Source of the DNA: Octopus vulgaris
Taxonomy: Eukaryota
Assembly (NCBI GenBank): GCA_951406725.2
Contig: OX597822.1
Span: forward strand, 85,808,001 to 85,872,000
Reading direction: 5' to 3'
Length of the DNA: 64,000 nt
The position numbers and the translations under genes were made by a program. Position 1 is the first letter of the stretch, and the number at the start of each line of letters is the position of its first letter. Of the stretch, positions 1-12,470 are shown piece by piece. The notes beneath the pieces are model-generated. The model saw only the letters and a list, made by a program, of their open reading frames with translations. It was not told the DNA's origin and made no database searches.

Positions 1-204
1 ACTTAGATAAACTTTGCTTTGAAAAAAATCCAGTCATATCTGGAATGCGTTTTTCCTTTTTGTTTTTTTAATTATAGATTTGCTCCTCTGGGACAAGTGA
101 CCTGGAACTAAATAGCAACAACAGGTTGGTAATGTAGGACAAGGTGTAGTCTAGGTAGGGTGGAGGCTGAGAGGTTTCTAGATACTGAAAAAAGACACAG
201 ACAT

Positions 205-570
205 ACACTTACATAAGTAAACTTACATCACATAGCATATACATATACACACACACATTATATACATACACATACATTACATACATATATATACATATAT
301 GCACATACACACACATTATATACATATATATACACATATACACATACACACACATTATATACATATATATACACATATACACATACACACACATTATATA
401 CATATATATACACATACACACACATTATATACGTATATATACACACACATTATATACATATATACACATACACACACATTATATACATATATACACATAC
501 ACACACATATACATATATACACATATATACACATACACACACATTATATATATATATATATATATATATA
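205..570. repeat. Compound (CA/TA) minisatellite, ~39-bp period
   Basis: CATTAT recurs every 39 bp (e.g. 314, 353); spurious ORFs repeat the 13-aa unit [13 protein letters not shown]. Confidence 0.9.
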
Positions 571-1756
571 TGAACATCAATGGAATTTGTATCTTTGTGG
601 TACCAGTGCCTGTGGCACACAAGAAATCCATCCGAACGTGGCCGTAGTCAGTACCGCATCGACTGGCCATCGTGCTGTGGGCACATAACAAACACCATCC
701 GATCGTGGCCGTTCGCCAGCCTCATCTAGCACCTGTGTCGGTGGCACATAAAAACACCATCCGAAGACCCGGCAAGACTAGTCAGGCCATATCCCATGGC
801 CCCTACCTGGGACGTAGTCAGTCCACCTGTGCATACCTTCCTCCTTGTGATACTTGTGAAGGCCTGTTGAGGCAAGTGAAAATCAAAATGAAATCAAAAC
901 AAATCAAATCAAATCAAATCAAATCAAAATAGATGAACATTAATGGAATTGTATCTTTGTGGTACCAGTGCCGGTGGCACACAAGAAAACCATCCGAACG
1001 TGGCCGTAGCCAGTACCGCACCGACTGGCCTCCGTGCTGTGGGCACATAACAAACACCATCCGATCGTGGCCGTTCGCCAGCCTCATCTGGCACCTGTGT
1101 CGGTGGCACATAAAAACACCATCCGAAGACCCGGCAAGACTAGTCAGGCCATAACCTGTGGCCCCTACCTGGGACGTAGTCAGTCCACCTGTGCATACCT
1201 TCCTTCTTGTGACACTTGTGAAGACCTGTTAAGGCAAGTGAAAACCAAAACAAATCAACATAGATGAACATCAATGGAATTTGTATCTTTGTGGTACCAG
1301 TGCCGGTGGCACGTGGCACACAAGAAAACCATCCGAACGTGGCCGTAGCCAGTACCGCATCAACTGGCCTCCGTGCTGTGGGCACGTAACAAACACCATC
1401 CGATCGTGGCCGTTTGCCAGCCTCATCTGGCACCTGTGTCGGTGGCACATAAAAACACCATCCGAGCATGGCCGTCTGCCAGCCTCGTCTGGCACCTGTG
1501 TCGGTGGCACATAAAAAACACCATCCGAGTGTGGCCGTTTGCCAGCCTCGTCTGGCACCTGTGTCGGTGGCACATAAAATCACCCACTATACTCTCGGAG
1601 TGGTTGGCGTTAGGAAGGGCATCCAGCTGTAGAAACACTGCCAGATCTGACTGGACTGGTGCAGCTTTCGGGCTCCCCAGACCCCAGTTGAACCGTCCAA
1701 CCCATGCTAGCATGGAAAGCGGACGTTAAATGATGATGATGATGATGATGATGATG

Positions 1757-1757
<1 letters not shown>
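570..1757 (+). mobile_element. RTE-type LINE/SINE 3' region with three tandem modules (starts 570, 933, 1264) ending in (GAT)n tail
   Basis: ATGAACATCAATGGAATT..GTACCAGTGCC repeated three times; terminal block CACTCTCGGAGTGGTTGGCGTTAGGAAGGGCATCCAGCTGTAGAAAC..CCAACCCATGCTAGCATGGAAAGCGGACGTTAAA(TGA)n; the same tail follows RTE ORF ends at ~20960 and ~50690. Confidence 0.8.
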
Positions 1758-1787
<30 letters not shown>

Positions 1788-2338
1788 TACTCACAAACTT
1801 GTTTACATATACTTATAACACACACTATGCACACATTTAAATGCACTTACAATTCACACACACACACACTCACATGTTAATGATATTTCTGTCTACAAAT
1901 ACTCCAGTGTTCAACAGAAAAAAATATTTAAATATTTAATCTTTGCCCAGGCTTGTATTTATTTTATATTTATTTTTAAACTAGACCTTAAAGACGCAAA
2001 ACAGTTTTGAGTAACGTAAAAAAAAAAGAAAAAAAAACGAAAGCTGTTGCTTAGTAACAAAATGTAACAAAATGAAAGTATAAAACAGAAATTCCTTTGG
2101 TTAGAGACTTTACCCCTTCCCACTTACCCCACTACTTTCTCAAATCTTTAAATGGTGTGTGTGTGTGTGTGTGTGTGTGGAGTTGACCTTTGAAGATGAA
2201 ATTCTTTTCAGTTCCTTCATAGTTTTAAAAGAGGATTAGTCACACACTCCATGAGTCTGACATCACTAGACTTAAACATCAACAGAGAATATTGAAGAGA
2301 AAAGGAGGACAACAAAGAAATACATGGCCCTGGAATCT

Positions 2339-2705
2339 TACAGGGTGATATCAAAAAGTTCCTGGACTCGTTAGGTAAATAAGTTATTCTTTATTAAACA
2401 TAACATCATCTCCTTCAAAAGAGTCACCTTGCACAGCAATACACTGGTCCCATTGTCCCTGCCACTTTTGGAATCCGGCCTGGAAGTCCTTTTCCATAAG
2501 TGAGTCAAGGACCTTCTGTGATTTACTCTGGGTTGTACAACAGTGTTAAAATGGCGACCTTTTATTCTTTGCACTCCACAGATCTGGTTGCTTTCACCAA
2601 ATGTCCTCCCTCAAATGTTTCAAAACTTCACAGTAGGGCTCTCAATTGACAGCCTTGAAACATTTCTAGGGGTGATGCTTGTGGCAGGTCTTCCAGAGAC
2701 ATTCT
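2339..2705 (-). mobile_element. Internally deleted mariner transposon, 3' end with TIR
   Basis: TA + TIR-like CAGGGTGATATCAAAAAGTTCCTGGACT; minus strand encodes ..KDFQAGFQKWQGQWDQCIAVQGDSFEGD (mariner C-terminus) and YCEVLKHLREDI. Confidence 0.75.
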
Positions 2706-3010
2706 TCCACATTGCAGTTTTCATGTTCTGAGTTCAAATCCCTCCAAAGTCAACTTTGCCTTTCATTCTTCTGAGGTTGATAAAATATCAACCAAGTATT
2801 AGGGTTCATGGTATCCCACCCCAACTCCCATTATTGGCATTAGCAGGGGGTTAAGATTTTTACCACAGACAAAAGGAGAAGGGAAACAGCTGATTATATC
2901 AACCCCAGTCTTAGCACTTATTTCAATGACCCTGGAAAGAAGAAAGGCAAAGCGACTTACAGCGAGATTTGAACTGGGAATTTACCAGATATAATTTAAT
3001 ACCACAAGGT
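2705..3010. mobile_element. Two degenerate family-B SINE fragments (opposite orientations)
   Basis: GTTCTGAGTTCAAAT..CAACTTTGCCTTTCATTC on +; GAAAGGCAAAGCGAC..TTTGAACT on -. Confidence 0.55.
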
Positions 3011-4089
3011 ATCTTCTTTCTCCTTCTAATAACCATAAATGGCAATGACTCTAACAAGAACAAAATGCTTAAGTTAGCTATTCAATAAAATAGAGATCAA
3101 TAAAATAAATACCAAACTGATATCCATAATGGAATCAAGGAGGAGGAGGAGGAGGAACAAGAAGACTCCCAGACCAAGAAGACAGAAAGATTCTATAACG
3201 ATTTTCAATGTGACACAATACTATGAAGAGTTATATGAGAACACAATGTGAAATGGTAGAATTATGTTCCAGTGTTTAATTAGTTGTTTATCAATAATCA
3301 GGCATTAAAAGGGCTAAGTTGATTGTAGTGGAATTTGATAATTGTCAAATATTTCCTCTGATAAATCTTGACAAAATGAGGTTGAATCAGGTCTTAACAG
3401 GATTACACAACAGACAACCAAAAGCAATTCTAGACACTGTTCGAAATGGCTGAGGGCTGGAAATACAAGACAAGACTAGACTACATCATTTATAATCACT
3501 TGGCAATATACGGTTCCAAAATGGAACCCTGCCAAAGCTGTCTTGGCATTTTCATCCTTCTACGATCAATAAATGAAGTACCAAAAACATTTAAGTGGTC
3601 ATTCAACAGCAATTAACAAAAACAAAAAAGAAAAACAATTTCTTTTTCTTTATTCTTTTTACTACTCTCTCTTTCTCTCCCTTCCTTTCTCTCTCACACA
3701 CACAACTGGCAATAATAACATCAGCAGAAAAGTTATTTCCAAAGAGATATATTTTTTAAAAGAAGGAATACATCTACATTATTTAGTGTAAGGCCTTCAA
3801 TAACACAAACAGACAAGAAAAATGTGCTGCCCTTCTATTATTCAGATTTCTAAGAAGGAAGCTACACCTGTAAGTATGAAAGAAAATTGTAAATGTAGAG
3901 ACGCTGAACTAGCAAAAAAGAAGACCAGTTTAACATGTTTGTGTTAATGGTTTACATTAAATAGTTTGGGGTTCAAGGCTGGCCTGAGGTTAACTTCATC
4001 TCACAATCAGAGTACAATACTTACAAATATAAACTGGTTGACTTGTCTTCATTATCACTTGATTGTTATTTAAATATAAAATCATTAAC

Positions 4090-4295
4090 ACAGCAGACAA
4101 AATGTTTAATGGTATTTTGTCCATCTTAGCAGCACTTCATCCATTCTCATTTCAAATACCACCAAAGACAGACTTTGTCTCTCATCCTTATGGGGTCAAC
4201 AAAATAAGTACCAAATGAGCACTGGGATCAAAGTAACTGCTGAGCCATCGCCCCAAATATTTCAGGCCTTCTGCTTATAATAGAAAGGATTCTTA
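4090..4295 (+). mobile_element. Family-B tRNA-derived SINE (degenerate)
   Basis: CTCATCCTTATGGGGTCAACAAAATAAGTACCA..TTTCAGGCCTT. Confidence 0.6.
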
Positions 4296-4299
4296 TTAA

Positions 4300-4620
4300 T
4301 TAGAGGTGGCATGTAAGAAGCGCCATCTGAATGTAGCCGATGCCAGTACCCACTGACTGGCCCCCAAGCTGATGGCATGTAAAAAGCACTATCCAAACAT
4401 GATCAATGTTAGGCCCGCCTGACTGGCTCCTGTGTCAGTGACACATAAAAAGTACCCACTACACTCTCAGAGTGGTTGGCGTTAGGAAGGGCATCCAGCT
4501 GTAGAAACATTGCCAGATCAAATTGGAGCCTGGTGCAGCCGCTGGCTTTCCAGACCTCAGTCAAACCATCCAACCCATACCAGCATGGAAAACAGATGTT
4601 AAACAATGATGATGATGAAG
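4300..4620 (+). mobile_element. RTE-type 3' tail repeat
   Basis: AGTGGTTGGCGTTAGGAAGGGCATCCAGCTGTAGAAAC..CAGCATGGAAAACAGATGTTAAAC(GAT)n. Confidence 0.8.
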
Positions 4621-6142
4621 ATGAAAATACATAATTATTTGTAAATACCTCATTAGTAAAACATAGAGACAATATCAAAAACCGCCATCAGGAAAACTGG
4701 CTGTCACACTAATTCCAAACTAAAACCAACTCATAAGCAACCAGGATGAAGATAATCCGGTTTTAATTGTAAACCATCCACTTTGAAAAAGCCATTGAGA
4801 AAAGCATCATTGAATAACCATTTCAAGAGGATTTTCATACAACTTGTATACAGGAACAATGAACTGAAGCTTCCCCCACAACCACTGAGAGAAAATTTGC
4901 CTTTTGACATTTTTGGGTCACATACTGGGATCCATGTAATAAACTGTTCCCCTCCTCTCAAAAATTGTTCGCTTTGTTTTTAAATTAGAATCAATTACTT
5001 CAAGACAGTTAATTGGCAGATTTTTTGGTTTGTAGTAGCCATCATCATTGATTCTTTAATGGCTTGGAATTTGAATTATTACAAGACACCAAAAATATTA
5101 TAAAATCTTTTGTTCTGCCTCAAAATTCCAATCTCTTCAGTTTCATTTCCAAAATAAAGTTCACATTTTGCAAGTAATTCTTGCGTTATCTTTCTCTGTG
5201 CTTTACCATTCCAAGCACAGATTTCAAATCAAGTGTAATAAATGTATCTTTACTTAACGAACACTCAATAACCCAGCATTAATTAAACAAACACCTTATT
5301 AAATCCACCTCAGCACCTTTCCACAAATCAAATATTAAACCACCATTGCCACCATCACTACCACCACCACCATCGCCTCCTCCACTCCTACTTATAGAGA
5401 ATATTTTTCTTCAGCACAGAAACACGCACACTCGTTAAAAAGTCCTTCCATACGTCTATATAGACACACAGACAAACAACAGAGACACTATAACAATGCG
5501 TGTGTGTATATAGCTACACATCCATATATCCACATATTGTCACCAAGAGGAAACAGTTGCCAGGCTTCCAATTCAATTCACAGTTCTGGAAGAAAACAGT
5601 TGATTAGTTGATTGTTTGTTTGATTTTATTATTTTAACATTTTTTTTTTTTTGGTTTTTGTTTGGCAGTATCATTAATCACTAAGAGAGGACAGGTAGTT
5701 AATTACAGACATTAACACATCATAAAACACACACATCTTCTCATACAGTCACACACACACACACAAACGCACATTCACACAGTTTCATGTGTGAACATAA
5801 ACAGTCTCTCACACACTCCACATGTGGACCACACCACCAACAAATACACATATCCACTTAATAACATATTCATATCTCTCTCTCTCACACACACACACAT
5901 ACACACACACACAGATAGAACCACAAAATATGAAGAAAACCCAAAAATCTAAATGAAACAAAGGAAGTTTCCTCAGCCACTAATAATCTTTGAAGAATTC
6001 TCATATTCACCACCACCACACCTTTGTCCCCACTCCCCCAACCACCACTAAAACAACATTCATCCCCCCACACCGCTACACTCTTACTACCAACACCATC
6101 ACCATTGACTGTTAAAAAGAAAAGGCTAAGAATGGGGTGTAA

Positions 6143-6299
6143 ACGTGGTTGTGTGGTAAGAAGCTTGCTTGCCAACCACATGCTTTAGGGTTCAGTCCCA
6201 CAGTGCGGTACCATGGGTAAGTGTCTTCTACTATAGCCTCAAGCCAGCCAAAGATTTATGAATGGATTTTGGTAGACAGAAACTGAAAGAAACCCATCC

Positions 6300-6368
<69 letters not shown>

Positions 6369-6626
6369 GTGTTTGTGTGTGCGTGTGTGTGTGCTAGTAT
6401 GTGTGTGCGTGTGCGTGTGTGTGTGTGTGTGTGCGTGCGTGTGTGTGTGTGTTTGTCCTCCCATCACCACCACTTGATAATTGATGTTGATGTCTTTACA
6501 TTTCATAACTTAGCAGTTCTGTAAAAGGGACTGGGGTCAGTCCATTCGACCAAAGATCCTTCAAGGCAGTGCCCCAGCATGGCTGTGGTCTAACGACTGA
6601 AACGAGTAAAGGCCAAAAGATAAAAG
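6143..6626 (+). mobile_element. Family-A tRNA-derived SINE with long internal (GT)n
   Basis: Head GTGGTTGTGTGGTAAGAAGCTTGCTT..GGTTCAGTCCCAC (A/B boxes); body AAGTGTCTTCTACTATAGCC..GGATTTTGGTAGACAGAAACTGAAAGAA; tail CCCCAGCATGGC..GACTGAAAC. Confidence 0.85.
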
Positions 6627-6879
6627 ATGACCACCACTACAGAAATGGGAAACAAGATTAGAAAACAAAAAAAACATAAAAACAAATTCTTTAACTTGTC
6701 TCCAATGAAAAATTGGAACCATCCACTCCCAACCCTATCTCCTCCATATCTCCTGTCAACTAATTAACCAGAAATTAAACAGTTTCTCATTATCCTTTTT
6801 AAAATTGGTTTCTGTTTTTCAAATTCCAATATTTTCTTCTAAAATTTTGTGTCTGTTTAAAGCAGTGAACAGACGTGGT

Positions 6880-7290
6880 TATTAGCAGACTGTGCTAAAT
6901 GCTTAGCAGTATTTTAGTTGTCTTCATGTTCTGAGTTCAAATTTCACTGCAGTTGATTTTGCCTTTCATCCTCTCAGGGTCAATAAAGCAAGTACCAGTT
7001 GAATACTGGGGTCAATGGGATCAATTTACTCCGCTGCCTCCAAAAATGCTGGCCTTGTGCCAAAATTGGAAACTAATAATACTGAATAGTCTTGAGGCAG
7101 TTTGCTGGCAGAATCATTAGCATACCAGGCAAAATGCTTAACATTTCAAATTCCACCACAGCTCACTTTACTTTTCATCTTTTCAGGGTAGATAAAATAA
7201 GTACCAGTCATATAATGAGGCTGATGTAATCAACTTAACCCCAACCCCACCTCCCCCACAATTGCTAGCCTTGTGCCAAAATTTGAAGCC
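6880..7290 (+). mobile_element. Two tandem family-B SINEs
   Basis: Each has TTTCATCCT..GGGT..ATAAA..AAGTACCAGT and ends GCCTTGTGCCAAAATT(T)G(G)AA. Confidence 0.75.
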
Positions 7291-7349
7291 AATATTGCGT
7301 CTGTTTATCCAAACTTTATTTCCAGTTATTTCACTGCTCGTCTGTATGC

Positions 7350-7660
7350 GGTGAAGGTGCATGGCTGAGTGGTTAGGTTATTTGGCTGATGATCATAAGA
7401 TCATGAGTGTGATACTTAGCATAGAATTATGTCATTGAGCAAGAAGACGCTTTATTTCCCATTACTCCAGTCCACTCACCTGGCAGAAATGAGTACTTCA
7501 AAGGGACAGCCTCATCACATTCTGTGTCACACTGAATCTCCCTCAGAACAATATTAAGGGTAGACATGTCTATGGAGTATCAGCCACTTGCACGTTAAAT
7601 TTCCTGAACAGGCTGATCCATTGATCAAATTAACTGGAACCCTTGTCATCATGACCACCA
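7350..7660 (+). mobile_element. Third tRNA-headed SINE family (degenerate)
   Basis: GCATGGCTGAGTGGTTAGG A-box head; TTGAGCAAG..CTTTATTTC..CTCCAGTCCACTCA..GAAATGAGTA. Confidence 0.55.
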
Positions 7661-7779
7661 GAGGTATAGTTTTGTTTCTTTGTCTACCCACTCACATGGC
7701 TGCATATCTGAATGTCTGCCTGAATATCCATAAATCTATCTGCTTAGGTATTCATGTGACTGCTTGTGTCCATATGACA

Positions 7780-7965
7780 ACATCTGTCAGCTTGTATGCC
7801 AATGTCAGTCAACTTATATGTCAATGCCAATCAGCTTGTATGTCAATGTCAGTCACCTTGTATGTCAATGTCAGTCAGTTTGTATGTCAATGTCAGTCAT
7901 CCTGTATATCAAAATCTGTCATCCTGTATGTCAAAATCTGGTCTTCCTGTATGCCAAAATCTGTT
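7780..7965. repeat. ~22-bp minisatellite (TGTATGTCAATGTCAGTCAGCT-like)
   Basis: About eight diverged tandem copies; explains the Cys/Gln-repetitive ORFs at 7588-8130. Confidence 0.85.
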
Positions 7966-8695
7966 ATCCAGTATGTCTCATGTCAACTGATCTCTATGCT
8001 CTTGTCTGTCAACTTATCATGCATGTGTGTGTGTGTTCATGTGAATGGTTATGTGTCCAATATGTCTCTGTGCCCATGTCTGTTTGTTTGTCGCATGTGT
8101 GTCTATAAGTGTCACTGCTTTTATGTCTGAATGTCAATGAGACCATAACTGTCTGTATGTCCATTGGTATTTATCTGTCAACCTTTGTGCCTATCTGTCT
8201 ACCTATGTGTCATATGTAAGCCTCTGTTTAAGAGTCTGTATGTATTTCTACTCAAGTGTGCTCCATGTGTACCCACATGTGTGCATGTGTGTGTACACAT
8301 ATATACAAGTAGTTGCATACATGCATTCACACATGCACAACATTCACATCCAACACCACACTCAGTAACCCTAAAAGGTTAATTAAGTGCAGATTTAGTG
8401 CATGTGTCAATTTAACACTTGCCGAGTTAAAGACTTCCTTTTGATTTGCATATTTGTTATTTTAAATTCACACAGCACAGGTAGACACATTAGAACTACA
8501 GAAGCTGGATCTTCTTGATTAGAGCTGTGTGTATGAAGTGGGGGAGAGAGAGAAAGAGAGATTCACCGAAACAAACGGAGAGAAAGAAAAATACTCAAAA
8601 GACTAACAAACAGCTAAACATATACACACAAACATAGACAGAGATACACTCAAACATAAAGATATATATATATACTCACACACACACACATGCAC

Positions 8696-8735
<40 letters not shown>

Positions 8736-9172
8736 AGAGAAGACAAAGAGACAGTAGGTCTATGTCAGACAGTGTGTGCACATGTGTGTGAGATAGTATA
8801 TGTATGCATTTGCGAATGGCACAGAAAGAGGGGATGAATCGATGTGTAAGAAAGACAGACAGCTCATGTTGTTGTTCAGCCTCCAGTTGGTTCTGACCAA
8901 GCTGACAGTTGATCAAAGACAATCCAACCATGCCAATGCTGTTATCAATCCCACCTGACTTCATACACTGAAAGTTATGTCAAGTTCAACTGAAAAGAGG
9001 GAGTCTAAAGATAGACCAGAAATGTCTTTGGAGACTGTAGAGTGACCGTCCTCTAGCATAGGACAATCCACACAAACCAGGAGATGATGATTAATTTAGT
9101 TCTATATTTAAGAGATGAGGAATTATGTACATTATTTACATTTGACAGATATTTGTCCTCAACTTTGTTGTT

Positions 9173-9215
9173 AACACGTTTCGGCTGATATACCCTCCAG
9201 CATTCATCAGGTGTC
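9173..9215 (-). ncRNA. Hammerhead ribozyme-like motif
   Basis: gacac-CTGATGA-atgctg(gagggtatat)cagcc-GAAA-cgtgtt; core boxes intact, cleavage-site/stem III region looks shortened. Confidence 0.6.
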
Positions 9216-9391
9216 TTGGGGAAATTTCAAACCTGGGTTCTCATTCCTAAGGTATTTTTCAATGTTATTATTATTATTATGCCTGGAATCAAACTCAGAA
9301 CCACTACACCATATGCCCATGGATGTATGGTGTAGTGGCTAAGAGCGCGGACTACTAACCCTAAGATTCCAAGTTCGATTCCAGGCATTGA

Positions 9392-9426
<35 letters not shown>

Positions 9427-9474
9427 TCAAAAAATACCTTAGGAATAAGAACCCAGGTTCGAAATTTCCCCCAA

Positions 9475-9517
9475 GATACCTGATGAAGGCTGGAGGGTAT
9501 ATCAGCCAAAACGTGTT
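9475..9517 (+). ncRNA. Hammerhead ribozyme-like motif (GAAA box mutated)
   Basis: gatac-CTGATGA-aggctg(gagggtatat)cagcc-AAAA-cgtgtt. Confidence 0.5.
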
Positions 9518-10288
9518 AACAACAAACAAGATGAGGACAAATATCCGTCAAATGTAAATAATGAAGGTTAATTTGCTGGAGTATTTTGTTAAGGGTCAAG
9601 GGAGTAAGAAAGGGCCTGCAAATTAAACTATGGTTCCCAAAAAGATGATAATGAATCTCAAACAGCAACATAGAAATTGGTAAATTGTCCAAATAAAAAG
9701 ATCTGGAAATGAATTGGAGGAAGAGGGAAATGGAAACAAACAATCTCTTTGATAATAGGTGTCTTGGGAATGATTAATGAACAGGAAGACAAATATATTA
9801 AGCAAAGCCCAGGACTTACAAATATACACAAAATAAAACAAGAAAAAAACACTGCACATAGCCACAGCAGACTGAGCCTTGCCTTGGGTAGGGATTGAAA
9901 GCAGGCAAGAAAAATAAAAAAAGGGGCTGCTTAGAAATTGCAGCAGCAGAGGGCGAGGAAAAAAAAATTGAAGAAAATAATTGTTGTTATTCTTCAAGTT
10001 GATTTCAGAAATTATTATTATTGAGAATTATCATAAACATGACAGGGCTGAGAATGGTAATTCACAAATAGGAAGTTAGGGAAGGGGGGCGGTAAATAAA
10101 ATAGAAAAAAAATTAATATCGCCAAAACAACCAACAAAAAGAACAATCCTTCTTTTATTACAACCACACATTTTATTTCTATTGTTTTAGTTTAGCTTTA
10201 AACTCATTTTTGTTTTTACTTTTCCACCCTCTTAAATATTTTATGCACTTTAGCTGGATCTTATTTCATATTTTGTTTCAGCAACTAC

Positions 10289-10328
<40 letters not shown>

Positions 10329-10435
10329 GAAAAGCTTCTTTAATGTCAATATTAAAGGATTGTGATAAAAATAATACAGAAGTACATATAATGTAACAAA
10401 ATATTTCACAGAATAATAATAACAACAACAACAAC

Positions 10436-11975
10436 TTGTTATATATGAATGATTTAAAGATCTTTGGAAAGACAAAAAATGACATAAATGGCCTAGTTTC
10501 AACAGTGCAGATATTCAGTGAAGACATCAGAATGGAATTTGGGACTCAAAAGTGTGGTATGCTTATAATACAAGGAGGCAAAGTAGAGTCGTCGGATGGT
10601 GTAGAGCTACTCAACGGCAAGAAAAACAAGGATATTGAGACTAATGGATATAAATATCTGGGGATTTTAGAATACAACAAAATCAAGGAAAGTGAAATGA
10701 AGGTAAGATTTAGGTGAGAATATCTCAGAAGAACCAAGTTTATTATAGAAAGTAGACTCAATGGAATAAAACGGAATCAGAGCAATGAACACATGGGCTG
10801 TTTCCTTAATGCAATATGATGCAGGTATTGTTAGGTGGACAAAGAACAAGCTTGAGGAAATGGACAGGTAAACTAGAAAAGTAATGACAATGAACAAGGA
10901 ACTACACACCAAAAGTGATACTGACAGACTGTATGTGTCTAGAAAGAGGGGTGAAAGAGGTCACATGGGATGCAAGATCTGCGTTGTCAACGGGAAGAAC
11001 AGTCTGGGATGGTACATCAAACAGCAGGGTGAATCTTTGCTTGCCGCTGTTAGAATTAACAATATAATGCCTACCGAAAATGTAATGCACCCTCAAACAT
11101 TTAAGAAACAAAATGAAGAAAGAGTAAACATCTGGAAAATGAAACCACTGCATGGGCAATACCTCAGAGAAATTGAAGGAAAAGACAAGATCAATACTTG
11201 GAGATGGTTAAGAAAAAGTGATCTGAAAGGATGCACTGAAACATTGACATGCAGAGCCCAGGAACAAGCTCTGAGAACTAATTACACCAAGTTCCAAATA
11301 GATGAGAATAGCAATCACCCCTTTGGCCCAAAAGTACTACAAAAGGAGGTATGATAACGTGGCTAAGTTCCACCACTGGAGGCTATGTGAAAAGTGCAGT
11401 CTGAACAGAGCTTGGAAATGGTACGAACATGATCCAAAAGTCACCAAGAACAGGGAACATAAGATTCTGTGGGATTTTACAATCCAATATGACTCCCTAA
11501 TCAAGGCTCAGAGACGAGATATTGTTGTGGTAGATAAAGGAAAAAAGGAAGACAAAATCATAGAGATTGCAATACCTGGAGATGCATGCCTAAATGACAA
11601 AGAACTAGAAAAGATTGAAAAGTACAGAGAATACTAAAAGACGAAATTGCAAGAATGTGGACTATGAGGAAAGTGTCTGTCATTCCAGTTTTTGTGGGGA
11701 CACTCGGAGCACTGGGAACCAAGTTTGAAAAATATGTCAAAGAAATTGGAATTGACATGAGAGAAGAGCAAGCCACAAAAAAACTGCTCTGTTAGGGACA
11801 GCTAGGATTTTGAGATTGGTACTTGGATGTTGAATGTCTCCCACAATAATTAAAAACCAAGTATCAAAGCCTATAATGTGCAGAAAGAGACCCTGTGAGG
11901 CCTCTGACAGCAGGCTATTGTCTGCTCTCACAGAATCTACCAGAACAAACAAGACCGAACATTCTGAGAAGTAAA
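10436..11975 (+). mobile_element. 5'-truncated, decayed R4/Dong-type non-LTR retrotransposon (RT C-terminal part + restriction-like endonuclease)
   Basis: LYMNDLK (YMDD-like), MEFGTQKC, YKYLGILE, DRLYVSRKRG, KPLHGQY, AQEQALRTNY, KRRYDNVAK, KILWDFTIQ..RRDIVVVDK..IIEIAIPGD..KELEKIEKY; stops and frameshifts; flanked by (AAT)/(AAC) repeats. Confidence 0.88.
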
Positions 11976-11992
11976 ACAATAACAACAACAAT

Positions 11993-12470
11993 TTCTTCTA
12001 TCGGCCGCAAGGGCCCAAGATATAGAGGACAATATCAAAGGACAAGATACAACACATAAAAATAGGTGAGGTTTATATCAATCAAGGAAAGACACTACAG
12101 CATTAAAGAAGATAACAAAAGGATATATAAATAAAAATTAGAGAAATATTTAATAAATATGTTGAACTCCCAATAACAGAGCAGTCCACTTAGAGTAATT
12201 TGGGGTAAATCCCAACAAAAAACGAGAAGTGCCATATTCCAGTTTCTTTCCTCCTACTTAGGAAATAGATCTAATTGGAGTAGATCTATTTAGCCCCACC
12301 AGTTTTGCACTCTCATCCAGTTTTTGATAAACACACGAGAAGGCAGCACCTCCCTCTCCACCATCAACTTCCTCTTCAAATGATATTTGAAGAAATTGAT
12401 GAGAGCTTGGCCAAATGTGGTGATACTTTGAGATAATCCAGTTTTCAAGGACTGAGAAATGAAAGACCTT
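11993..12470 (-). mobile_element. Tx1/L1-like LINE ORF2 C-terminus and 3' UTR fragment
   Basis: Minus-strand ..LKTGLS..GQALINFFKYHLKRKLMVEREVL..FIKNW resembles the L1/Tx1 ORF2 end (recognised from memory). Confidence 0.5.

Larger units (their letters stand above)
9095..9563. mobile_element. Palindromic head-to-head cassette: tRNA-derived head + (AAT)n + HHR-containing tail on each arm
   Basis: 9130-9319 is the reverse complement of 9320-9563 (left head internally deleted); centre CCACTACACCATATGCCCA|TGGATGTATGGTGTAGTGG; B box GTTCGATTC at ~9373. Confidence 0.85.

Noticed and set aside
209-691. His/Tyr/Ile- and Cys/Val/Met-rich ORFs (also at 6231-6524, 32217-32541, 57202-57675)
   Set aside because: These are translations of microsatellites
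590-1580. CRISPR-like look: recurring GTGGCACATAAAAACACCATCCGA with intervening segments
   Set aside because: The intervening segments are themselves repeated, there are no cas genes, and the array is continuous with a eukaryotic retroelement 3' tail
4731-4961. 76-aa minus-strand ORF as a coding exon
   Set aside because: No recognisable homology and no consistent frame with the nearby splice-like site
7588-8130. 180-aa ORF with CQCQS repeats
   Set aside because: Produced by a 22-bp minisatellite adjoining a SINE; no domain recognisable
9320-9392. tRNA gene
   Set aside because: Acceptor stem does not pair and the sequence continues into repeat body; it is a SINE-type head
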